The notes under the pieces were generated by a model, which was not told where the DNA came from, ran no database searches, and saw nothing but the letters and a program-made list of their open reading frames with translations. Shown here piece after piece: positions 8,265 to 16,692 of a stretch of DNA of 35,664 nucleotides. Numbering within the stretch: the first letter of the stretch is position 1; every line of letters starts with the position of its first letter. The position numbers were made by a program, and so were the translations under genes. Source of the stretch: Micavibrio aeruginosavorus (lineage in GTDB: Bacteria; Pseudomonadota; Alphaproteobacteria; UBA9219). The stretch covers positions 1 to 35,664 of the forward strand of contig DYNT01000001.1 of the NCBI GenBank assembly GCA_020720905.1, given 5' to 3'.

Positions 8265-8549
8265 ATGGGGTTTTTAAGCAAGCCATCCAAGTTTTCCAAG
8301 GGAAGGGCTCTGCTGCCTTCTCTTGATGTTAGGGGGCGTGGCGGACTGCAAACCTTTCTTTCCTTTCCAAAGGGAAAGGACGAAAAAATTCCTAATGCCT
8401 CTTTGGTTTATGGTATTTTTTCTGCCGCGCTGCTGTCTTTTTCCCTTTATCATTTGTTTACCGGCTTATGGTTTACTGCCTTCTTGTTGTGTGTGGTGGC
8501 CTTGATTGTTTTTGGGTTTTCTCTCTATTTTCTCCGCTATTCAGGGTGA
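8265..8549 (+). CDS. Small inner-membrane protein (2 predicted TM helices), unknown function
   Basis: A good RBS (GGGGGAGGA) precedes the ATG at 8265. There are two long hydrophobic segments in the C-terminal half. It is co-directional and tightly packed. Confidence 0.55.
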   Translation: MGFLSKPSKFSKGRALLPSLDVRGRGGLQTFLSFPKGKDEKIPNASLVYGIFSAALLSFSLYHLFTGLWFTAFLLCVVALIVFGFSLYFLRYSG

Positions 8550-8661
8550 ATAATTCGTGGAAGAGCCTATAATCAGGGAGCCTGATTATAGTAAAACTAA
8601 GAACGGTCTTCCTTCTGCTGAAGGGAGGCGTCAAGGCGTTATCTTTATGATGGTGGATGTG

Positions 8662-9159
8662 ATGACAATGATAAAAATCATGCCAATGGTGGCGTTGTTG
8701 GGGGTTGGCGTTCTTGTATCGGGGTGTGTTACATCGACGAGCATGACCCCTGTTGCGACGGAGCCTGATGTTGTTAGTGTGCGTTTGGCACAGGCAGCAG
8801 AAAAAGCCTCGAATGCGCTGGATTCTCTTTCTGGTATTGAACAATACCGTGAACCACAGCTTCCTGCGCCTGATGATTATTCTTCTGCGCCGCCTTCTCT
8901 AACGCAACTTATTTCCATTCAGTGGTCGGGGCCTATTGATCAAATCTTGCAAACGTTAGCAACGCGGGCAGGAATGCGTTATAGAACGATCGGAAGCCCA
9001 TCGGGCGTTCCCCTTCTTGTCAATCTAGACGTTTATCAAAAGCCGTTGATTGAGGTTCTTCACGACCTTGGCCTTCAGGCGGGGCGTCGGGCCGATGTTT
9101 CGGTTGATAACATCAATAACTCGATAGAGATCCGCTATGCACCTGTTGACAGAATCTAA
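8662..9159 (+). CDS. dotD: DotD / TraH-like outer-membrane lipoprotein (T4BSS core component family)
   Basis: Lipobox LVSGC. The C-terminal region is WSGPIDQILQTLATRAGMRYRTIGSPSGVPLLVNL...IEVLHDLGLQAGRRADVSV...IEIRYA. It tracks Legionella DotD (WSGPIEEL...FRFRVLGKSPSVPVLISI...YQAGKKASIHV...VELRYA, from memory). I chose the start at ATG 8662, after GGTGGA. The ORF is open from 8557. Confidence 0.85.
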   Translation: MTMIKIMPMVALLGVGVLVSGCVTSTSMTPVATEPDVVSVRLAQAAEKASNALDSLSGIEQYREPQLPAPDDYSSAPPSLTQLISIQWSGPIDQILQTLATRAGMRYRTIGSPSGVPLLVNLDVYQKPLIEVLHDLGLQAGRRADVSVDNINNSIEIRYAPVDRI

Positions 9160-10009
9160 TCCATCTAAAAGCCGGCGTCTTCTTTTGGCGCCCCTTTTTA
9201 TCGCAATCCTTTTTGCGTTGAGCGTTTCTGGGGCGTTGGCGCAACAAACGGTGGCGACAGAGGCCTCGCCACCTCCGCCTGTTCTAAAAGATTTGCAGGA
9301 ACAAAGTAGCGGCGAAGACTCTGGAAAAACAGATGTGATGGGTTTGCAAATCAGGCATGATGCTTTGCGTGAAGCGGCTCTTTCCTATGGCGCTCGTGGC
9401 GGGTTGGCTTATCGCACTTTTGAAATCCAAAGGCGTCTTGTTGAACATGAGGCGAGTCTTTCAAAGATTTTTAATTTTACACGGTTGTTGATTAGTGCCC
9501 CCTCTGGTCTACTTATTGAGCCGCCCATTGTCAGCGAAGCGCAGCGTGCCGTTATCGTCAATGGTGGGGGGCAAGAAGCGGCTGTTTCGGATCGCGTTTT
9601 GCGAATCAACAAAGCGGCTCGTATTGTAACGGCTCCGCGTAATTGGCTCCTCTATTTAGAGCGCGACTGGGGCACTGTTGATGCGCCTCCAGGGCTGTTG
9701 CTTCCTCGCAATGATGAGGAGCGCGCCCAATGGAAAACTTTAGTGCAAGAGGGGTGGAATGCGGGCGTTGCGCAAGCCGAGGAGACCTTTGAATCTGATC
9801 TTGATCGGATGACCAATGATTATATCGGGATGGTTCATTATCGCACGTTGTTGGTGCAAGGGATGATTTCTCCCCCTTATGCGATGCATGAAGATCGTGG
9901 CGTAACGGGTGGCGGTTCTGAAATGAGGGTGGGTGATCGTGGCGTTTCGATCACGGGGCCTTCTGTTCTTATTCCTCGGAGCGATAAGTGGACAACGGCA
10001 CTCCGTTAA
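9137..10009 (+). CDS. dotC: DotC / TraI-like periplasmic/outer-membrane T4BSS core protein
   Basis: It has a signal peptide. Motifs LREAALSYGARGGLAYR, IEPPIV and MISPPYAMHEDRGVTGGGSEMRVGDRGVSIT closely resemble DotC (LKETALSVGAQAGLAWR, ILPPVL, MVSPPYVSHTDLGVTGDGSEIHIDDRVLRIT, from memory). It overlaps dotD by 23 nt. No lipobox is seen. Confidence 0.85.
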   Translation: MHLLTESNPSKSRRLLLAPLFIAILFALSVSGALAQQTVATEASPPPPVLKDLQEQSSGEDSGKTDVMGLQIRHDALREAALSYGARGGLAYRTFEIQRRLVEHEASLSKIFNFTRLLISAPSGLLIEPPIVSEAQRAVIVNGGGQEAAVSDRVLRINKAARIVTAPRNWLLYLERDWGTVDAPPGLLLPRNDEERAQWKTLVQEGWNAGVAQAEETFESDLDRMTNDYIGMVHYRTLLVQGMISPPYAMHEDRGVTGGGSEMRVGDRGVSITGPSVLIPRSDKWTTALR

Positions 10010-11250
10010 ATCTCAGTGTGGACGATTTTCAGGTTCGACTTGCGGCGGGTTGGACTAATGAGCCTGTGCGCATTCAAGAAGAACACATAGATGATCTCTT
10101 ATTATGGTGTGTCCATAGCCGCGCTACCGATGTCAGCATTCAAACGGATCGCCCTATTGTTATCGAAGTGGACGGTGTTCTCTATCCCATAACGCAGCGA
10201 GCCATGGATTCGGCGGATATGGCCAATATCTTGATGCGTATTTATGGGCCTGAAGCTTTGGCGAAACTGGCCTCTGGCGTTGATTTGGATCTATCTTATG
10301 AGGTTAGGCCTGAGCGTTTAACACGTTATCGTTTTCGTACCAATATCACGGCTATTTTAAGTCGTGGGCGTGATTCTGTCCAAATTACATTGCGCAGTTT
10401 GCCTGGATTGCCCCCAAGTATGGTTGATTTGGGAATAGAAGAGCCCATTATACGGAACTGGTCGCCGCGACAGGGCTTGATTTTAGTAACGGGGCCTACG
10501 GGAAGTGGGAAAACAACCCTTTTGGCTTCGGGATGCCGAATGCTGATTGAGAGAGAACAGGGCTCCGGCAAGCTTCTAACGTATGAAGCACCTATCGAAT
10601 ATGTTTATGACAGCATTACGGGGCCGCGTTCTCTTGTGGCTCAATCGGAAGTGCCGCGCCACATCCCCTCTTTTGCGGCAGGGGTGCGTAATGCTTTGCG
10701 TCGCAAACCTAACATCATTCTTGTGGGTGAGGCTCGTGATAGGGAAACGATGTCGGCGGCCATTGAGGCAGGACAAACGGGGCATTTGGTTTTTTCAACG
10801 GTTCATACTGTGGGCGTTGCCGCAACGGTAAGGCGTATTGTCAGCGTTTTTGAGCCCGCAGAACGAAGCGAACGCGCTTTTGCCTTAATGGAAACATTGC
10901 GCATGGTTGTGACCCAAGCGTTGGTTCCTAAAGTGGGGGGGGGGCGCATTGGATTAAGGGAATATTTGGTTTTTGATGACAACATTCGAGAACAACTTTT
11001 AGATATGCCTGTTGATAAATGGACGCTGGAGACCCAGCGCTTTCTTGTTCGCTATGGGCAAACGATGCAACAATCCGCTAATAGGGCGTTTAAGCAAGGG
11101 CTTATTGATCGCAGAACGTATCTGGTTTTAACAAAAGGTTATACGATCGATGAGGGGGATTATGACCCTTCTGTTGCCGATCCCATAGAAAAAGAGCCCG
11201 ATCATGATCTTGAAACGATACCCGATGATGATGATACGACGATGATTTAA
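9988..11250 (+). CDS. dotB: DotB / TraJ-like PilT-family hexameric secretion ATPase
   Basis: Walker A is LVTGPTGSGKTT, Walker B is IILVGEARD, and the His box is GHLVFSTVHT. It sits directly after dotD-dotC, as in the Legionella dotDCB operon. The GTG start overlaps the dotC end. The C-terminal tail is acidic (PDDDDTTMI). Confidence 0.85.
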   Translation: MDNGTPLNLSVDDFQVRLAAGWTNEPVRIQEEHIDDLLLWCVHSRATDVSIQTDRPIVIEVDGVLYPITQRAMDSADMANILMRIYGPEALAKLASGVDLDLSYEVRPERLTRYRFRTNITAILSRGRDSVQITLRSLPGLPPSMVDLGIEEPIIRNWSPRQGLILVTGPTGSGKTTLLASGCRMLIEREQGSGKLLTYEAPIEYVYDSITGPRSLVAQSEVPRHIPSFAAGVRNALRRKPNIILVGEARDRETMSAAIEAGQTGHLVFSTVHTVGVAATVRRIVSVFEPAERSERAFALMETLRMVVTQALVPKVGGGRIGLREYLVFDDNIREQLLDMPVDKWTLETQRFLVRYGQTMQQSANRAFKQGLIDRRTYLVLTKGYTIDEGDYDPSVADPIEKEPDHDLETIPDDDDTTMI

Positions 11251-11290
11251 AAAGGGGGGGGCTGCTTTTTGCTTCCTAAAAGGAGAGACA

Positions 11291-11557
11291 ATGGACATTC
11301 ATTGGAGAAACACACAAAAGCCCGTTCGCTTTCTCTTTCTTGATGCGCGTGCCTTTTTTGGCGTTATTCTTTTCCTTGTTCATGCTAGAATGTGGGTTTT
11401 CGTTCTCGTTTGTTTTTATATTTTTATGTTTTGGCTTTTTGAAAAGCGCGGTCTGTCTTTTGAATCGGCTGTGCGAGCGATTCGTTGTTGGGCTCTAGGG
11501 CGACGGCGTCCCGCGAACAGCCGTCGAGCGATTCGAAACATGGTCGATTTTTCGTGA
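11291..11557 (+). CDS. icmT: IcmT / TraK-like small inner-membrane T4BSS protein
   Basis: An 88-aa protein with RBS AAGGAGAGA. The sequence HWRNTQKPVRFLFLDARAFFGVILFLVHARMW..., one TM helix and a basic C-terminus resemble IcmT (HWRDSARTP.FFF.D..AAFP.VLFLLHIR.W, from memory). Its position after dotB matches traH-I-J-K order in IncI plasmids. Confidence 0.75.
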   Translation: MDIHWRNTQKPVRFLFLDARAFFGVILFLVHARMWVFVLVCFYIFMFWLFEKRGLSFESAVRAIRCWALGRRRPANSRRAIRNMVDFS

Positions 11558-11563
11558 GGCTAT

Positions 11564-11594
11564 CCTTCTCGTGAATGAAGGGCTGGTTTTTTTT
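11564..11594 (+). terminator. Weak candidate intrinsic terminator after icmT
   Basis: A 5-bp stem CCTTC/GAAGG (11564-11568 / 11577-11581) has an 8-nt loop. It is followed 5 nt later by T8 (11587-11594). The stem is short. Confidence 0.3.
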
Positions 11595-11921
11595 AGGCTC
11601 CCTTGCCCAATTTTTTAAAACGATAGCCTCTCCACCTTTCTCCTACGCTGCTTCGCAGCTTCGGCGCGGTAGGTCGCGGGGATGACAACGGGATCCTTTG
11701 TCCCTTTGTGAACCAACGTATGGTTGGATTGCTATAAACACGGCTTGTCATTTTGATGGAGAAACGAAAGGGATTCTTGTTTTTTCAAAGCGTGGCGGTG
11801 TGTCTAAAAATACACACTCTTCTGTTGAATGGTGTCGGGGCGATTCGTCTTAGGTTGCTCTCCTTGCGTTCATCCTTTAAGCTTTCTTGCGAATCGCCTT
11901 CGCTCGAAAAAGGGCCTAGAA

Positions 11922-12929
11922 ATGCAAAAAAACAATCGTCGTTCTACCATTCTTTTCCTCGGATACCTTCCTCTTGTCGCTGGGGCTTTGTTGTCAACAA
12001 CGCCAGCCTATGCAGGGTTTAAGTGGGTTTCCTCGGATGCGGTGCAAAGCACCAATGTCTCTGTCACGCCGCAAGCCGCGCCGGCAACAGGTTCTGTTCC
12101 CACTTCTTTCGGGGGGGCAGAAGCTGTTGTTATTGAGTCTGCGCCCGCTTCACAAGAAGCCGCGTTTTCGACTCTTGCAAAAGAAAAGTCAAAGACGCCT
12201 CATGATGATGTTGTCGTCAAGGGGTTTGCTGATCGTGTCCCCCTTTCTGTCGCGTTGCGTCAAGTTTTGCCGCCTGAAATCGGCTTCTCTGTCGCTCAGG
12301 ACGTTAGTTTGGGAACGCCTGTTTCTTGGCGGGGCGGGGCGCCTTGGCGTCAGGTTTTAAAAGATATGCTGTCGCCATCTGGTTTGACCATGCGTGAGCA
12401 AGGGCAAATGGTTCATGTTGTTCATATGACAGAGGGACAGGATTCGGCGTTGTCGTTGGACAAGCCCCTTCCCCCTGTTTCAGGGAATGGGAAACCGTTG
12501 TCTTTGTTGCCGTCCCTTTCTGCTGTTGCGCCTAAGTCCGCTGGCTCTTCGCCTGCGCCCTTGGCGTCATCCTCTGGTTTTTTGAGTGCGCCGAACGCCC
12601 TTGCGTCTGGCGTGGAGCGCTCCCCAGTTGTGGCTGACTCGTCAGCCGCTGGTTTGGGGGCTTGGCAAGCTAACAGCGGGGACATGCTTAAAAAGACGCT
12701 TGAGACATGGGGGCGGAACGCCAATGTTGAGGTTAGCTGGCAAGCTGAATACGATTATCCTGTTCAGGCCTCTGTTTCTTTTTCGGGAGATTTCGAAGGG
12801 GCTGTTCGCAATCTTTTGTCTGGATTTCAAGAGGCAAAGCCACAGCCGGTGGGGTACTTATATAACAATCAGTCTGCTGGTCAGACCGTTCTTGTCATCC
12901 AAACGCGCGGTAATAATTACAGCGAATAA
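11922..12929 (+). CDS. pilL: PilL-like type IVb pilus biogenesis protein (TcpQ-type C-terminal domain)
   Basis: The signal peptide ends PAYA|G. The linker is long and Ser/Pro/Ala-rich. The C-terminal WQANSGDMLKKTLETWGRNANVEVSWQAEYDYPV...FSGDFEGAVRNLL is typical of the PilL/TcpQ domain. It lies immediately upstream of the pilN secretin, as in R64/SPI-7. The start is taken at ATG 11922; the ORF is open from 11829. Confidence 0.75.
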   Translation: MQKNNRRSTILFLGYLPLVAGALLSTTPAYAGFKWVSSDAVQSTNVSVTPQAAPATGSVPTSFGGAEAVVIESAPASQEAAFSTLAKEKSKTPHDDVVVKGFADRVPLSVALRQVLPPEIGFSVAQDVSLGTPVSWRGGAPWRQVLKDMLSPSGLTMREQGQMVHVVHMTEGQDSALSLDKPLPPVSGNGKPLSLLPSLSAVAPKSAGSSPAPLASSSGFLSAPNALASGVERSPVVADSSAAGLGAWQANSGDMLKKTLETWGRNANVEVSWQAEYDYPVQASVSFSGDFEGAVRNLLSGFQEAKPQPVGYLYNNQSAGQTVLVIQTRGNNYSE

Positions 12930-12941
12930 TGAGGCCTAAAC

Positions 12942-14543
12942 ATGAGCTTCCGTCATCTTGCCCTTTTCTTGGTTGTTATTGCGCTCTTGGGCTGTAATAA
13001 TGAAAAAAACAGGAACCTTATTGATCAGCGTGTCGAGAGGGTAGAGCGCGTTGCTAAAAAAGCAACGCTCCCTGCGCCTCCCAAAAGCTATGATCCTCTT
13101 ACGGTTTCAGACAAGGTTTGGTCTGGCAATTCGTCAACGCGTCTTCGTCGCGGCATTCCTTTGCCAGGCAAGTATGAAGGCTCTTATGGCGTGACCCTTA
13201 TTTCAAGTGAGCCCCTTTCGTTGAGCGAGATTGGATCGGCTGTTGGTGTTCAAACGGGCTTGCCTGTGCGCATTGCTTCTGGTGCAGCGGGTGGGTTGGG
13301 TGATGGTGATAATGGTACGGGCGCAATGGAAGGCAAGATGCTCGTTTCTTATGAAGGGCCGTTGTCTGGCCTTTTAGATTTGGTCTCGGGTAACTTTGGC
13401 ATTAGTTGGCGTTTTGATGGCACGGCGATCAAGCTTTCTCGTTTTGAAACGCGCGTGTTTGTCGTTGAATCGTTACCTGGAACGCAGTCCATTAAGGATG
13501 GCATAAAAGAAGATTCGGGAAGTAGCGGCGGGAGCAGCAGCACTTCTAGCGCTGGCGGAAGTTATAGCATGAGCTCTAGCAGTTCCTTGCAGCAATCTTC
13601 TGAAATGAGCGTTGAGATGAAGGTATGGGATGAGTTGGAGAAGACCCTTTCTTCGATTTTGGGTGGGGTTGGTTCGGTTTCTCTTTCGCCCTCTAGTGGG
13701 ACGGCTGTTGTGACAACGACACCGGAGCTTATGCAAGTTGTTGCCAAATTTATGGAAGAGGAAAACCAGCGTTTATCACAACAAATTGCCATCAATGTTG
13801 AAATTTATACGGTCGCTCTTTCCGATAATGCAGACTTTAATGTGACGTTTACTTCTGCGTTGAAGAAAATTAGCAGCGGTCTTGATCTTAATATCACGCA
13901 AGGCGTGGCGGGATTGGGATCTGCGGCGGTTTCTGATGGCGCATCTATGTCGCTGGCTATTTTGGATCCGAATAAGACAGGGCAGATTACAAGCGTGTTT
14001 TCTGCCCTCTCTTCCATTGGGGATACGACGCGCGTTTCCCAATTCCCTCTAACAACATTGAATAATCGTACGGTCTCTCGCCGTATTGGTGAAGACGTGA
14101 CCTATGTTGCGGCTATTTCAAAGACGGTTGGAACCTCAACAACCAGCGAGTCGGTCACGGTTACGCCTGGAACGGTTCGTGATGGGTTTTCGCTGCAGTT
14201 GACCCCCCGTCTTTTGCAAGATGGCCGTATCATGTTGCAGTATTCGCTTAGCTTGATCGATTTGCTCCAGCTGGTTGAATTTAATACTGGGGATGCTGGC
14301 AATGTTCAATTGCCACAAACGGCAAGCCGTGTTTTTGTTCAGCAAGCCATGCTCAAGAGCGGATCAACGCTCATTTTAGGTGGCTATGATGATGAAAAGA
14401 CAAGCCAGTCCTCCAATGGTGTTGGGAATGCTTACAACTACTTCCTTGGGGGTGGTTCTTCGAATGATAAAACGCGCACCATGATGTTTATTGTCATTAC
14501 ACCACAAGTCGTGAGCGTTCAGAAAACGGAGCAAATTGAATGA
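12942..14543 (+). CDS. pilN: PilN-type lipoprotein secretin of type IVb pilus
   Basis: Lipobox LLGC|N. The C-terminal secretin domain reads ...STLILGGYDDEK...NYFLGGGSSNDKTRTMMFIVITPQVV. There is an internal Ser-rich low-complexity stretch. Size and position match R64 PilN. Confidence 0.9.
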   Translation: MSFRHLALFLVVIALLGCNNEKNRNLIDQRVERVERVAKKATLPAPPKSYDPLTVSDKVWSGNSSTRLRRGIPLPGKYEGSYGVTLISSEPLSLSEIGSAVGVQTGLPVRIASGAAGGLGDGDNGTGAMEGKMLVSYEGPLSGLLDLVSGNFGISWRFDGTAIKLSRFETRVFVVESLPGTQSIKDGIKEDSGSSGGSSSTSSAGGSYSMSSSSSLQQSSEMSVEMKVWDELEKTLSSILGGVGSVSLSPSSGTAVVTTTPELMQVVAKFMEEENQRLSQQIAINVEIYTVALSDNADFNVTFTSALKKISSGLDLNITQGVAGLGSAAVSDGASMSLAILDPNKTGQITSVFSALSSIGDTTRVSQFPLTTLNNRTVSRRIGEDVTYVAAISKTVGTSTTSESVTVTPGTVRDGFSLQLTPRLLQDGRIMLQYSLSLIDLLQLVEFNTGDAGNVQLPQTASRVFVQQAMLKSGSTLILGGYDDEKTSQSSNGVGNAYNYFLGGGSSNDKTRTMMFIVITPQVVSVQKTEQIE

Positions 14544-15805
14544 CCGCTGGCCTTGTTACCATTGGTCGCAAACAATATGCCAGTGGCTTGTATTGGGAAA
14601 ACAGTCCCAGTGGCCGCATATCGCAGGCTGCGAAAGAGGCCGCCAAGCAACCGGGGACGCAAGCCGATTATTTTGCGGCACGATCAGGGAATAAACAGGG
14701 GCGAGTTCCTCAATTCGGGTTAGTTCAAGCTGTTGAAGGGTTCCGTTCTGGTCTTCCTTCTTTAGCAGGATGTTTGGCTAATAAGCAGCCAGGTTCTTGG
14801 ATTGGTGCCTTTCGTTTGCGCGAAGGAACGGCTGTCGTCGTTGTGCGGGATGATCTTATTGTCCCCGATGGTGACCGCTTCTTTCAAGATGAAACAGAGG
14901 CTCGTGATCATCTTTATCAGGAAATGGCGATTGGTGGATTTCAGCGCATTTATGCGCCAGAGCCATGGGGCGTTCCTGGTGCCGATACGATGCCCATCAC
15001 CCTTTTGTTGGATGAAAGTTCGGACGTTCGCCTTCATGGGGTTGCCCTGTCTCAACAGGCCAAGACAGGGATTGTGATTGGGGGGATGCTTTTGCTCCTT
15101 GTCATTGGTGTTGGCTGGTATATTCAAGATCAAAAGGAGAAAGAAGAGGTGCTTCGTCTCCAGCAGCTTGCGGCGATGGAGCGCATGAAGGCTGAGGCGG
15201 CCAAGCTCCTTCCTCTTCAGCAACAAGTGGTTTATCCACCACCAGAACGCAAATGGGAAAAACAGCCCAAATCGTTAGAAGTGATCGCGGCGTGTCAAAA
15301 AGCGCTTGAGCAGGTTGTCGTCGGTATCAGTGGATGGAACATCTCAAGCATAAAGTGTTCGCCAAAAAGCTTAGAGATTTCTTGGTCTCGAACGGGTGGT
15401 TTTTCAAATCCGCCACCTAAAACCGTTGTTTCTGTTTCGGGCGAGCAAGCTTCTGGAAGTGTTGCTTTTGAGCCGTTGTCGCCTCGTGGTGATGAATATC
15501 TTGTTAATCCTGATGTTATAACAGGGCGTTATTTAAGCCAGAATTGGACAGGGACTTTGCGGCGTGAGCCGGATGATCCTCCTCCTCCTCCTCCTCCTGG
15601 CTATAAAGGGGAGTGGAATCCTCCACCAGCCCCATGGGTTAAGCGTTCTTTTACGTTTACTGTTCCAGTATTGCCGTGGACACTACCGGACTTCTTAATG
15701 GATATCCCAGGAGTCATCGTGGATTCACTGGCTCTTACGGGCGGTGGTGTTGGAAGCAAAAACAGTTGGAAGGTTGAAGGAGTGATTTATGAAAATCGCC
15801 GTTAA
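14540..15805 (+). CDS. pilO: PilO-like (R64 PilO / PilO2 family) type IVb pilus accessory protein, bitopic membrane protein
   Basis: The N-terminus TIGRKQYASGLYWE resembles the PilO2 family signature. There is a central TM helix (GIVIGGMLLLLVIGVGWYI). The ATGA start/stop overlap with pilN suggests translational coupling. It contains a poly-Pro tract. Confidence 0.75.
   Translation: MTAGLVTIGRKQYASGLYWENSPSGRISQAAKEAAKQPGTQADYFAARSGNKQGRVPQFGLVQAVEGFRSGLPSLAGCLANKQPGSWIGAFRLREGTAVVVVRDDLIVPDGDRFFQDETEARDHLYQEMAIGGFQRIYAPEPWGVPGADTMPITLLLDESSDVRLHGVALSQQAKTGIVIGGMLLLLVIGVGWYIQDQKEKEEVLRLQQLAAMERMKAEAAKLLPLQQQVVYPPPERKWEKQPKSLEVIAACQKALEQVVVGISGWNISSIKCSPKSLEISWSRTGGFSNPPPKTVVSVSGEQASGSVAFEPLSPRGDEYLVNPDVITGRYLSQNWTGTLRREPDDPPPPPPPGYKGEWNPPPAPWVKRSFTFTVPVLPWTLPDFLMDIPGVIVDSLALTGGGVGSKNSWKVEGVIYENRR
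15578..15598 (+). repeat. (CCT)7 trinucleotide repeat encoding Pro7 inside pilO-like gene
   Basis: Direct reading of 15578-15598 gives cct x7. The protein reads PDDPPPPPPPGY. Confidence 0.95.
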
Positions 15806-16574
15806 AACATCTCTTGCCGCCATGGCGTTGTCTATGGGGTTGGCTTCTGGGTTTTCGTCCTTCTCTTGGGCGGAAGGAAGGCTTGCTGCGCCGCCATCCA
15901 ATCCTGTAAGCCAACAGGAAGCCTCCTCAGTCAAGGAGGTTTTGGATTCGATTAAGGTTCCAGAAAGCAGCAGCAAGGCGACAAAAAAGGAAAAATCTGA
16001 AAAAGACGATAAGGACGATGATTCGATGGAGTCGCCTAAAGTTCCTGATTCCGTGAAGGGCGTGGTTAAGCGTTTAAATACAGCGACAAAGGACGTCACC
16101 ATTGAAGACCTCAATGCGGCGCGGGAAGCGGTTGTGAAATTAGATGTCTTAATTGACATTGAAAAAAGGCTGAATGATTTGACAACGTTGCGTCAAGAAA
16201 GAGAAGAGAAGGAAGGCTCGCTCTCTGGGGCTTTCCCTGCTGGGGCTTTGGGTGGCGCTGCTATGCCTCCCCCTCTTTTAGCGTCCTCTGCCGGTTCTTC
16301 TGCACAGCCAGCTTCTCCCTCTGTGTCCATGCTTCCTGTTGTTATGCCAGAAAAAGACATTGATGTTACAAAGATTATGGGGGCGTCTGGCCGTTATGTG
16401 GCATCGATTAAAATGGCAGAAGGCGAAGAGCGACAGGTTCGGGCTGGCGATAAACTGCCTGATGGAACCGTCATTGATTCCGTTTCTCGTCAGGGGGTTA
16501 CGATTTTATCTCCTAGTAAGAAAAAAAGCACAATCCAAGTCAAAGACATCAGCGCTGTTTTTGGTGGTCGGTAA
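15789..16574 (+). CDS. pilP: PilP-like type IVb pilus biogenesis protein
   Basis: It has a signal peptide and an acidic/Lys-rich linker. The C-terminal region YVASIKMAEGEERQVRAGDKLPDGTVIDSVSRQGVTIL resembles the PilP beta-domain. It overlaps the pilO end by 17 nt. Confidence 0.7.
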   Translation: MKIAVKTSLAAMALSMGLASGFSSFSWAEGRLAAPPSNPVSQQEASSVKEVLDSIKVPESSSKATKKEKSEKDDKDDDSMESPKVPDSVKGVVKRLNTATKDVTIEDLNAAREAVVKLDVLIDIEKRLNDLTTLRQEREEKEGSLSGAFPAGALGGAAMPPPLLASSAGSSAQPASPSVSMLPVVMPEKDIDVTKIMGASGRYVASIKMAEGEERQVRAGDKLPDGTVIDSVSRQGVTILSPSKKKSTIQVKDISAVFGGR

Positions 16575-16692
16575 AGGATTTATTGACGAACCGATGCCTA
16601 TACTTTGTTGCGGTATGTTCGCCCTGCTCTAAGCTCTAAGGATTGGTGACCATGGTTGTTGCTGGGGCGTGATCACAGGATTGGTTTGACTC

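Noticed and set aside
11558-11921. ORFs 11753-12022 and the 11829 extension of pilL in the icmT-pilL gap; also a shared 10-mer AACGGGATCC here and (as reverse complement) near 35105
   Set aside because: The small ORF has no RBS or recognisable features and overlaps pilL out of frame. pilL is better started at ATG 11922, which precedes a signal peptide. The 10-mer contains a palindromic GGATCC, and one short match is compatible with chance.
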